Assembly (NCBI RefSeq): GCF_036588685.1
Contig: NC_086378.1
Coordinates: 18,662,001 to 18,726,000, forward strand
DNA from: Mytilus trossulus
Lineage: Eukaryota
DNA length: 64,000 bases
Direction of reading: 5' to 3'
A program made the translations under genes and the position numbers. Below are positions 52,860 to 64,000 of the stretch, piece by piece. The notes beneath the pieces are model-generated. The model searched no databases. It was not told the DNA's origin and was given only the letters and a program-made list of their open reading frames with translations. Each line of letters starts with the position of its first letter. Position 1 is the first letter of the stretch.

Positions 52860-55800
52860 CTGTTTATTAAACAATTGATGCAATTAAATTGAAATTAATA
52901 TAATATGAAGAAGTTCAATCTGAGCAAGTATTTTTTGTCATATTAGTAATTAATTTCTTTACAGAACTGTAATTTATCATTTTTTGGTCATTTTGAAAGT
53001 GCTTTTGAGTCGCAGACGAGTTTGAAGGATGAATTCCACAGGCACTCGTCTGCCTGTGATGAATTCGACAAACAGTATAACACATGCTGTTGCAACTATA
53101 CTTCCGAATTTACCAACAGTGCTGTATGGAAATTATTTACCGGTTGTTTCAAACACTTTTAATATCAGATATTCGCATAAATATAGATGGAAGAATACAA
53201 AGAAATATTTAGCAGATAGCATACTTCCATATCAATCCTAGATTAAAGATATATTCGTTTTTAATAAAAAGTATTATTTTCCGCCAAAATAATAAGTTTA
53301 GATACATTCGTTTCTTATAAAAAATTCTATTATATTTTTATTCATCAAACTGAGAATAATTACTACATTAAAATGATAAGTTAAAATTTTATAGCATTAT
53401 AAATTTGTTATAAGTAAAAACTATAAGTATATATTGAATAGAAAATTAAATTAATTCACTCTCCAATGTCATAAACATGTTTATTACGGATAAGTTGTTA
53501 CAGATCTTGTTAAAGATATACTGTATGGTCACTTGCCTTATTACAAGATCGTCCAGCGATAGCGAGATTAATATCTACTTGACACTTGTAGGTGTCATAT
53601 AAATGTATACTAACAAGTTTATTTTCTTGGTAACATTGCTTTTCATGTAAATAAATAAATAAATATTTATTTAACTAAATAATGGAGAAAATAAATTTAA
53701 AAAAATAATAAAAAGTTATGGCCCTTTTTCATACATTCAACGAGGTTTTTTTTTATCGACATAAGCAACTTCTTTATCATCAAGTTATCCAATTCAGAAA
53801 ACTGGTTTCCTTAAAATTTATTAGAAATTAACAATGTTAAGTTCTTCACGCATAGTCAATAAAATTATAAAACTGTTTGCCAGATTTTTGTAAGTTGAAT
53901 CAAGTAAGTAAGCAGATATGGTTGCAAGCAACAAAGGAGAACATTATCAAAATTGTTGTTAACATAAGCAAATAAAATGTGTTTATGTTTTATTATTGTT
54001 TACATGTGACTATAGTCATGCTAGTGAATTCTTCTTCCATGCCAATTGTATTGCCCGGTAAGAAACCAAGTTTTCATTAATATTTGAGATTAAATTTAGA
54101 CAGTGCCTACCTACTTAATAGTTTAAAGAAATACTATTGCACAATTAAGTGGCGACAAATGCACATATGCATGGGTATTACATATTTCGAGGAAAACATA
54201 TAATTCAGAGATTTTTGTGATTTTTAATCAAAATGATTTGTTCTATCAAAGCAAATAGATAAAACTATCAATTGATAATAACAAGGATACTGTTTTTTTT
54301 AGATCAATGATAGTAAAAAATGAATGACAGTAAAGCCAAAACGTTTGAGTAAATTAGTTTTTTCAGAAACTAAAGACAGAACTGTCATATAGTTGACACA
54401 GTTACAAGTTCAATTATGTGCTTGTTGAAAATACAAGTTTTACCAGATTCCAGAAAATGTCACATGAAAACATGATGTTTTCTCGCTGATGAACTTCTTA
54501 TCCCTCCAAGGAACTTGAGATTTTACATGATTTTATCTGATAGATATCAATTAACAATTGGCTTTTTACACTTGTCGATCGAATCAAACACACCTTTAGG
54601 CTGCTTCGCTATCAAAATAGAATTTCGTTGATGAGGTAACGTTGTGTGAATTTTAAACAATGTTTTTCTTTTTAATTTTCACTTTCAGCTGATGGGTTGT
54701 TAAAAAGAGGAGTGACGATTGAAAAATAACTATTAAAAGTAAAGTCTTTATACCCATAATAGAGTCTTTTAAGGTAAATAAATTCGTAAAGTATTTAGAT
54801 AAAAATCTAAATAGTGGTCATTTCCTGCCAAATTAATCACTTTTGGTCAAAATGATTTTTACAATGAAAGCTTACAGGATAAATAATTAGAAGTATATTT
54901 ATGCTTCAGGAGGCCAAGGCGCTTTCTCCAAAATTGAAAACATACATGGTTGTTCGAGTAATTTGTTTGGTTTCCTGTCGTTGGAGCTTTGATGTTTGGA
55001 GAAGGGATGCTTTTCAGACTTTACAAATAAGAAAAATTTCGTAAAAAATTAAAAGATGTACTATTCAGTTAAAAAATCCACTTGTTTCATTGCCCGTTTT
55101 ATGATGAAACTCAATTAGTCGGAGAAAAATATGCAATTAGAACGCTTAAACGCGTTAAATAACGATAACATTTTTTTCTAACAACTATGGGAAAAATGAA
55201 TTTCATACAGTCACATTGAATGTGTATTAGAGTATCTAGTATCTTTGAGGGAAACAAATACACAGTTTTACAATAATCATGTTGTTTTAATGGTGTTTGT
55301 AGCACACCTGCTAAAATTTCTTCAAAGCAATGGTGAAGCTGAATACCTATAAAATGACGTGTGGATAGATAAGATCACGAACCGCTAACTTGTTGCCTTG
55401 CTGTTAGTTGACATCGAGTTAAAACGACAAACACCTGTGTAATTGCACCTGTAATTAAAAGTCTCTTAATGATTCAACCGTTTAGGAATATCTTGTTTTG
55501 AAATCAGAAACTTATTTAAATTGACATGGAATTTTATTCGAAAAAAATCAACTGACAAATATTTTGTAAAGAATACATGACTCAATTTGAAATTAGAGAA
55601 AGAATGGGTTCTGCCTCTTTAAAGCATGATTAGTCGTTATCAGATTAATTAAACCGGATGGCAGAAGTTAGTTATATGTCTTTGTAGGTTATTCAAATTT
55701 ATTTGATAAAAGTAACTAATTAATTGTTTTAACCAAAAAAGCCCCCAATGAAGAGGGATCTCGAGAGAGCGAAGACACTACTTCAGAAAACCGCCCGATG

Positions 55801-57649
55801 GTTTTGTGGTACAATGTAACAATCTCGTATCAAGTACGGGAGGTGCTTCTCAGCTAGTATTATTTTGTGATGGCGAACTTTGTCAAAGACTGACCGAGTC
55901 CAATCTACTTAAACAATAGATCTCTGATTTTGCTCAGATTATTCGATGAGTAAGCGAGTAATGATAGATGATATATAATGTAAATCAGATTGAGTCGACT
56001 CTTCATTAGAATATCGTATGCTCCTATAGAGGCTTGAATGGTTTCATTTGGACTGTTACAATGTACCTTGTCATCTAAAATGATATTCAGCGTGCGTGCC
56101 TATTACAAAGTATAAATAGATTGATTGATTGTTGGTTGCTTTACGCCGCATTAGCACAAAAAGGCTATATCGTGGCGAGCAAAAAGTAGAAGATAGTCTC
56201 CAAATGAGGCGTTTTTAATATGATCGTACTACTTGCCACTGGACATTATGTATCCATTAATCCATCAATCAATCATTTAGATAAATATACCATATGCCAC
56301 TCCAAACTGCTTCTCTCTCTCTCTCACTCATTTTTGTTCAGCTTCTACTTTTCATCGGCTGAATGTATAAGCAGTTACGTGATACAAGTCAATGTCATCA
56401 AGTTCTTGTTTTATTACCACAAAAAATTCCTACATCAAATTAATAGTAGTTTCTTAATAAATTTGTCAACAAATAACGGTTACAACAGATAACTAATAGA
56501 TTTTAATATACCAACTAATCTATTTCGCGTGAGCTTACAGACGCCAAAGTTCATCCTTTGAATTTTTGTGTATTGAATGACAAATTGAGAAGACATTTAT
56601 GTCTTGAGATGATCCATACGACATGGAAAACCCTACTATTGATATTTTACAGAACAAGAAGAAACACTACTGTGAAGTATTTTTGTAGTATTGAATTATT
56701 TTTGACAAAAATCGTGTAAAATTTCCACGCTATCAGTAAAAAATATAAATATGTAGTTGTAACATGAAAAAGGTTGAAGATAGAGCGATAAAATGGATTT
56801 AAGTGCAGTAAATGACATGTTGCCTTTCAGTAAAGTTTTAACTAAATACCTCCGCAGTGAATACAGCACTCTTCAATGAATCAGCACAAAATAGGAGGTT
56901 CAGTATAGTAACGGTGTATATGTGTTCACAACTTATGTTCTTTAATAAAAGTTCATTATTTTTTTTCTGCATATGGTTGCAAATGTTCTCCGGTATTTGG
57001 TAATATAGTCACTGCAATAAACTCGAAATCTAGCACCAGAAATAAACTTCACAAATTGTGTTGCTTTTATATATATATAGCAAGACAAAAATAAGCGAAG
57101 TCCAGTGTCATTCAGTTTAACAATACCAAGGGGAGAGAAAAACAACAACTTCTCAATAAAAAAAAGTGTTTTCTATTCGAAACTATTTACGCTTTGTTTT
57201 CATAATTTTAACCTAAATAAAAAGTCATTACTAGAAAAGTTATAATTGAATTCATATTTAATTAGAAAAGAACGAAAAACACGAACCCTATCAACAAAAA
57301 GAGACGAAATAAGTTAGAAATAACGTTTAATATCAAAAGAGTACATGCATGTGTGTAAGTTTAACTGGTCTTATTTCATATTTTGTTCTGCGGCTGATAT
57401 TTGACATTCCATTGACAATCACAGCGTAGGCGTTATGCAAAATCATTGTTTGATACTTTGATGATTTGTAAATTTCGATTAATGACAAGAACAGCAAACA
57501 GCTTACAAAAAGAGAAACAAGAAACACGAGATATCCGTTCCTCTAACACATACTTCTGAAATTTAATTATTGGAAATTTTGTATTTAAGAAGTTTTTCAC
57601 AACTTGAATGTAAACAGTACTATATAGTATTACATACTGAACTGTGAAA

Positions 57650-57674
57650 TATCAATCAATCAATCAATCAATCA
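57650..57674. repeat. (ATCA)n microsatellite
   Basis: About six ATCA units. Confidence 0.85.
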
Positions 57675-58652
57675 TCTACAAAAATCTAATTCATTTTCAT
57701 GATAAACGATGTGAAGTCCGTTCTTTTTCCGAGATATTGATGAACACGAAAGATCACGAAAGTATATTGACAAAGTGTACTGTTAAAAAAGAGGTTGTAA
57801 AATTAAGTAATGGGCGAGTAGTAACATCTTATCACATTGTACTTGATAAGTTAGTGTGTGTGGCCTGTATTTCCTCATTTTTTATAGTGTCACTTTATAA
57901 GTGGGTACAAGTGGTAAAGACAGTAACACGTCATAAAACACAATAAGTGCCAATTTAACTCGGCACATGCACCTAAAACCCTAGCGATGAAAGTGTCAGA
58001 GGGGTACTGTTTTCTTGTAAAAACTAAGTCTGTCAAATTTGTTTGATAGTAAAATAAAAGTCAAATTAGCCATGATAAACAGATACTGAAGAGATGTTTG
58101 GACGAAGGTAAGTGGCGTCTTCCTAATTGGTGATAATTTATGTGCGAAGGAAATCATAATTTGATAAATTTTGCAACAATTTAGAATGATGCCGACCACC
58201 GAAAATGTTACGGATACATCTAATTTGGTTTGAAATACACGAAACCGCATGTACTTGAACCTTGTTTATACCATTATAAAGTCTGTATGGGTTTAGGATG
58301 TGGATGAAAAATAAAAACACGGGAGAAACAAAAACAATATAAGGAGAATGCTATGGTCACTTTTTCAGAAATTTGTAAAGTATAAACACAGGCCTAAGTT
58401 TGTTGTATTTGCTTGAAAATTAGCAGCAATAAACAACCTAAAATTTCATTAAGGCTATAGGGTTTTGTCACACTTATATTACTCTTCTGGGGTACTCAAG
58501 CTTTACTCCATTATTTGAAAGGTATCGTGTTCAACATTTAATTTTCTGTGTAATATCATGAGGCCCGTTGTTTGTCTTTTCTTTTTATCTTTTGGCCATG
58601 AATGGTTGCGTCGGTTTTTTTTTCTCAACTTGTGTTTTTTCTCCCGGTGTTA

Positions 58653-58938
58653 CAGCCGATTTCATTGAGTACATGTATGTAGCAGTAGATTTAATATCTT
58701 TGGTTAGCTTGCTTGCTATAGCTGAACGGCCGTGAAGTCCTTATTAGGTAAGGTAAAATACCCTCCTTTTAGAATATACTAGTCCGACAGATACATGTGA
58801 CCTATCTTTTTGTCTGTAGGACTAGGATTCTTCGAAAGGAGGGTTGTATACCTTATATAATAATATCTTTACGGTTCAGATAGCAAGCAAGCTAACCAAA
58901 AATATTACCTTAAGTTACACACTCAGCGAAATCGGCTG
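58653..58938. mobile_element. Foldback MITE, Tc1/mariner-like (TA TSD)
   Basis: TA|CAGCCGATTTCATTGAGT ... ACTCAGCGAAATCGGCTG|TA; inner arms also pair (TTTGGTTAGCTTGCTTGCTAT/ATAGCAAGCAAGCTAACCAAA; ACCCTCCTTT/AAAGGAGGGT; CTAGTCC/GGACTAG). Confidence 0.8.
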
Positions 58939-59767
58939 TAAGAAAAATGAACTGCTCTCTTTTCTTATTTCAAAAGAAATACAAGTATTATATTGACAAG
59001 GTTGGCGTGTATTTTTTTTTTTTTAACACTAGTCAAGTTTTATACTACGATTAACAAGCACATATATATAGCCTTTAAAAAGTAAAACCAGTTTGGTCGA
59101 AAGGTGGGGCTAAAAAAATTCAAATAATTCTAGGTGCAAATACTTCTATAAGCTTACAGGACTTGTTTTAAGAGGAGGAAACAACAAGTTAAACAAATTT
59201 AATTCCCATGAAAGAAGACCTCCTGTAAATTTTCTTATCACTCGATGAAAGATTGTATTTTTATTGACCAACAGAGGGGTTAACCTCTAACTCATATATT
59301 ATACTAAAATGAAATATATACCCACTCAACAGATGGCACAAAATTATGGAAAAGAAGATAAAATGTTCTCCTTTGTATCAGATCATGTTAACTAATGGCG
59401 TAACTTAAGATTTAAATACTTGAAAGTAATGTTTAAATTCTTCAAAAGTGAAATGTGAATAAATTGACAAAGATATGATACAACCAAAACCATTCAACAA
59501 ACAGATGCAGAGGGTTTGATATGAACTATATGAAAAAGGGATGGCTTCTCCGTAGTATTGTTTTCTTTCGGGTACGTCTGATCGAAACTCAAATAAATTA
59601 AACCTTTAAAAATGTTTAACTTCATTATGTTTCTGTACAGGAAACGTCACATTATAACCTATATGAAACTCGCTCGAAGACAATTTAGAGGAGGGGCAAT
59701 AGGGTGTCCGTTAATATGTAAAACAACACCTCTATTTTGGCAAAAACAGTGCAGCATTTAAACACAA

Positions 59768-59877
59768 GCATGCCTCCGGTGGCTTGAACTTCTCGTTACG
59801 TTGAAGACCTGTTGGTGACCTTCTGCTGTTGTTTTTTTCTCTTTGATACATTCCCCATTTCCATTCTCAATTTTATT
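59768..59877 (+). mobile_element. 5'-truncated SINE/LINE 3' tail
   Basis: ACGTTGAAGACCTGTTGGTGACCTTCTGCTG...CATTCCCCATTTCCATTCTCAATTTTATT; the same terminus recurs at 30777-30796. Confidence 0.55.
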
Positions 59878-59896
59878 GTCATTTATAGTCCGTATA

Positions 59897-61573
59897 TACG
59901 ATGGCCGAAGTAAGCCGACAAAAATACTATTTAAACTTTATATAGTACTGTACAGAAAGTTTGTACATAGTACTATCTTGTTGTTTTACTTCCTTATTAA
60001 AAGATAGTACACTGTACAGAAAGTTGGTACATAGTACTATCTTGTTGTTTTACTTCTGGGTAAAAAGATAGTACTCTGTACAGAAAGTTGGTACATAGTA
60101 CTATCTCGTGTTTTACTTCCGGGTAAAAAGATAGTACATTGTACAGACAAGTTTGTACAGTGTACTATCTTTTTATGGAATCAGGAAGTACATTACCACC
60201 ATTTTTGCATTAGTTGAACTTCCTTTTAAAAATGTCTTGAACTGTACAGAAAGTTTGTGTTCCTTGTTGTTTTTTTATGAATAAAACCCAAATCATTTGA
60301 TTTATTATTTAAAAAAAGAAATGATATGTGTAATTGGAAAAAAATGTGTATATACATAAATTAAAAAAAGTCAATGTTTTTTCTTTGAAAAGTGACAAAT
60401 AACATTTATACATATGCTATTTGTTTCTGTCTGGATAAGCTGCATTAAACAGAAAAACCTCTGATAAGAAGTGTTTGTAAAAAATGAAACGTATCAATAT
60501 TTACCAATCACTAGTGCACATCCGAAACACACATTCACAAGTATTACAGTGTATGACTATATACGTCATATTAGAAATAATAGTGACATCAATGAGTTAG
60601 ATAGACATTTAACTAACTTACAAGATAAGTTAGTTGAAAGAGGATACTGTAAAAATAAAAAAAGAGAATGTAAGAAACGTTAAAAATACCACAAGCAGAA
60701 AAACAACATTATTGAAGGCCGATAGGACAAAGAATGTCCCACTCACTCTCATTACTAAATATAATCCAATGGTAAAAAACCTTAGTAAGGTTATAAGAAA
60801 ACATTGGAGCAATCTGCAAAAAAGACAAACAATGTAGTGAAATCTTCACCCAGGTGCCTATAGTAGCGTATAAACGTAACAAAAATGTCAAAGAATACCT
60901 TGCTAAATCAAGAAAAGTTGGGAGACTTTTGAAAAGGGACCCATGCTTTAATAGTATAAGCAAAAAATCCTGAAACACTGTTAGTTATAATTTTAATTAT
61001 ATGCAACAAACTTTCATTAAATGAAATTTAAAAAAAAAACCGGTGTAAAGTCTTGAGATTTATTACGTATGTTGGTTGAAGGAACCGCATTTAATTATAA
61101 TTTATATCTAGCATTCCCTTTCAATTTATCATGAAATTCAATGAACATGATGAAAGAACCAGATAAAAATACGTCGATAAATCAAATAGCTAGTCTCCAC
61201 CAACTCTGCTCTTATACTTTCTGATCCAATAAAAAGATAGTACACTGTACCAACTTTCTGTACAGAGTACTATATTTTAATAAGGAAGTAAAATAACAAG
61301 ATAGTACTATGTACAAACTTGCCTGTACAGAGTACTATCTTTTTACCCGGAAGTAAAACAACAAGATAGTACTATGTACAAACTTTCTGTACAGAGTACT
61401 ATCTTTTAACCAGGAAGTAAAACAACAAGATAGTACTATGTACAAACTTTCTGTACAGAGTACTATCTTTTAACCAGGAAGTAAAACAACAAGATAGTAC
61501 TATGTACAAACTTTCTGTACAGTACTAAACAAAGTTTAAATTGTATTTTTGTCGGCTTACTTCGGCCATCGTA
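59897..61573. mobile_element. Non-autonomous DNA transposon with IS3EU-like ends and long tandem-repeat TIRs
   Basis: TIR TACGATGGCCGAAGTAAGCCGACAAAAATAC... at both ends; exact 6-bp TSD CGTATA (59891-96, 61574-79); arms 59897-60190 and 61215-61573 are made of 64-bp units. Confidence 0.85.
60453..60973 (+). pseudogene. Frameshifted Penelope-like-element thumb/linker (HTH-like) coding fragment carried inside the transposon
   Basis: ETYQYLPITSAHPKHTF...IRHIRNNSD...LVERGY / PLTLITKYNP..KNLSKVIRKHW..LQ / IFTQVPIVAYKRNKNVKEYL match motifs found C-terminal to the RT in Penelope-like ORFs (QYL..SxHP, L..RGY, TYNP, KHW, P.VAY/FRR.KNL). Recognised by eye. Confidence 0.72.
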
Positions 61574-64000
61574 CGTATATATCACAACACCATTTCTAAA
61601 ACAAACCGAATTCGTTAGTTTTATTGCATCAATTTCCTTTAGTATAGTTTGTCCCCTTCAAATATCTACGCGCGGCAGTTTTGTAATTCAGTTGCTTCCT
61701 TCGATCGGCTATTTATTTTTCGCTGCTATTCTTCGATAAACTGGATATTCAAATGTATATGCCCACACTACACGTGTGCACGCTTTCAGCATTTTTTTAT
61801 TGAAAGATTCACTTATCAGGAGCATACCATTGCATCTTCCTAAAAACATAAAATACAAAAGCAATTAATAAATATATTGACAGTTTCTTTGCATTTGCAC
61901 ATATAATATTACACAAACACCTTTGTACTCAACAAGATACCTCCATGCAGATTTTATATATGAAGTCTTTGATGTTTTAGCAATTATCAGGTATGCTGGC
62001 AGGTGTCACGTCAGGTCATTTATAAAATTGCCAAAAAACAATTCAGACCTGACTCAGAAAAGCACGACTGAACTGCAGAAATCTATCATATTACAGAATT
62101 TCTTTTTATTTGTTACTATTTGATGTTTTCCTTTGCAGGGTCACAGATAACAATAGTTTTTGAACAAGTCAATTACATTGTAATTTTCGCACCTGCAGTT
62201 CGAACAAAACATATTTTATCAATCTTAGTTTAAACGCTTCTAATCAATCACTTCCGAACGTAACCTTTTGTAAGAATGAATTACGGGTGGTTTACTTAGG
62301 TTAACTTTTATTGTTCCTTATTGATACTGTTCTGTGTGTGGTTATTTTGACATTACAGGATTTATTATCATTAGTCGGAGAAACGTGTTTTTTTTTAAAT
62401 AATGGTTGATATAACAACAGTTAGAAAAATCAAGGATTTGTATAGTCTAACTATACAAATCGTCTAACTATACACATTTTTTGGGGAAAAAAAAGAAACA
62501 TTTAGAAAAAAAAAGAGTATTCTTAAGAAGATTTTCAGACGTCTTATAAATGGCGTTTCAAATGCATCGTTTTGTCGGGTTGCTGGCTCATCGGCGTATA
62601 TAATACGTTTATTTTATTCATACTGTTTTTAACACTCGATTAGCAAAAATTGATCATAATAATCATATAATTAGGAAAATTAACTTCATTGTGTTCTGAA
62701 TTTATATATAATCATTAAATTGTATCTCTTTATAAATCCTTTTGACTTTGTGTGTATGTGTGTCTTTTTTGAAAACATTTGTTGTTGGCTTGCTGTCTCA
62801 TTGATGTTTAAATTCAACATCTCCTTTCATTCATACCTTTTAGTCTCCTTTCTATACCGACGGAATATGATATTTTTCACAGAAGCTGGTTAGGGCATTT
62901 AAAAGGGTGTTGTTTTTTTATGTCGTACACTAGTATATACAAGGATGACGTTACTTGAATCTTTGACATATTGCTGGGTGTTGTAATAAGGATATACCAA
63001 TTGTTTCACTGTGGCGCAAACCGGCTTCCGTGTATTTTTTTTTATGTGTTGTGGTTTTCTCACAAGAAGTTCTAATTCAATTGAACCACCGTCACTCGTC
63101 AGTGGCCAATATCCATTGTCTAATGGATAATTCTATTTTCTTTTTACAAATCGTTTAACCAAACATGCCATTTAAAAAATCATTTTCTTCACATCATTCG
63201 CATTATTTATCGATGATATCATCTTTATCATTTTTCCCTGCATGAAGCCGTAAAGCCAAAAAAACACATTTAGTATTGTAAAAATCGTTGGTTATGATTA
63301 ACTTGCAACTAAACATCTTATTAAGTCAATTATAACAGTTCTTCATCAAAACCATGCGCAATGTTGGTATAACGTTCTAGTCCCACATTATGCAAATATT
63401 CTAGATCATAATTTGATTTTTACACTATTAGAAAAGCAAACAAAAGGGAGAGAAATTAATCAAGTGGAATCTTTTTTGTCAGTTAAAGCATCAATTTATA
63501 TTATCCGAAAAATTACTAATAGTTACTGGTAACAAGATTTCACGTTCAGATAGACAATTCTGTGGTTTAGCTCCATCTGTGAGGTAAATGTTACATAAAA
63601 TAACTGATTTATGAAGAACTATGATATAAAATAATAGTTTTACTTCCGTTTTATAAGTAGTTCTATTAGGTTTTATTGGAATAAACAATATAGTAATTAA
63701 AAGAAGACATTTTTATTGTACCAGAAATGTTATTTTTTTAATAAACGGGGTTTATGTGGGTAGAAAATTGACAATATAGCGCCAATTTGGTTTAACAGAC
63801 CTTCTATAGTTGAATCCGTAGAATCATATAAATTTAGCCGTTTTATCATATTTTTACTTTATTTCAATCGTTGTACTTTAAACGTGCCTATTTAAGTCTT
63901 AAAGAAAATTATGTTATCATTATCCTAGAAGACCATTATATGACATATATTTTGATATCCTAACTTTTTAAAATTTTCGATCTGTAGACACTTTCAAAAC

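Noticed and set aside
59945-61527. CRISPR-like appearance of the palindromic repeats (also 33279-33875)
   Set aside because: Eukaryotic DNA, spacers are not unique, no cas genes; these are tandem repeats.
59891-61579. Polinton/Maverick assignment (6-bp TSD, long TIRs)
   Set aside because: Termini are TAC...GTA rather than the AG...CT typical of Polintons, and no polB, integrase or capsid remnants were seen.
11907-62010. Scattered single AGGTGT/ACACCT T-box half-sites
   Set aside because: Roughly the number expected by chance at this base composition; only the two palindromic pairs were kept.

Overview
Very AT-rich animal genomic DNA. The repeat families, especially the ~355-nt hammerhead 'retrozyme' units, point to a bivalve, probably a Mytilus mussel (inference). 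Only one protein-coding gene is well supported: a complete 7-exon Tbx20 (H15/midline) T-box transcription factor on the minus strand. Its CDS joins 52058-51848, 51282-51102, 47227-46954, 46772-46611, 45886-45810, 45480-45374 and 45160-44904 (1269 nt, 422 aa, all GT-AG introns with compatible phases). The rest is gene-poor and repeat-rich. It holds minimal type I hammerhead ribozymes from at least two retrozyme families (one copy with an intact core), SINEs, several MITEs (Harbinger-like, Mariner-like, Crypton-like), a 45-bp minisatellite and a perfect 224-bp tandem duplication. The most unusual object is a 1.68-kb element at 59897-61573 with IS3EU-type ends (TAC...GTA, 6-bp TSD). Its long inverted arms are built of 64-bp palindromic tandem repeats, and it carries a Penelope-retroelement-like thumb/linker ORF that lacks both RT and endonuclease. 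Nearly all other ORFs in the supplied track are spurious.
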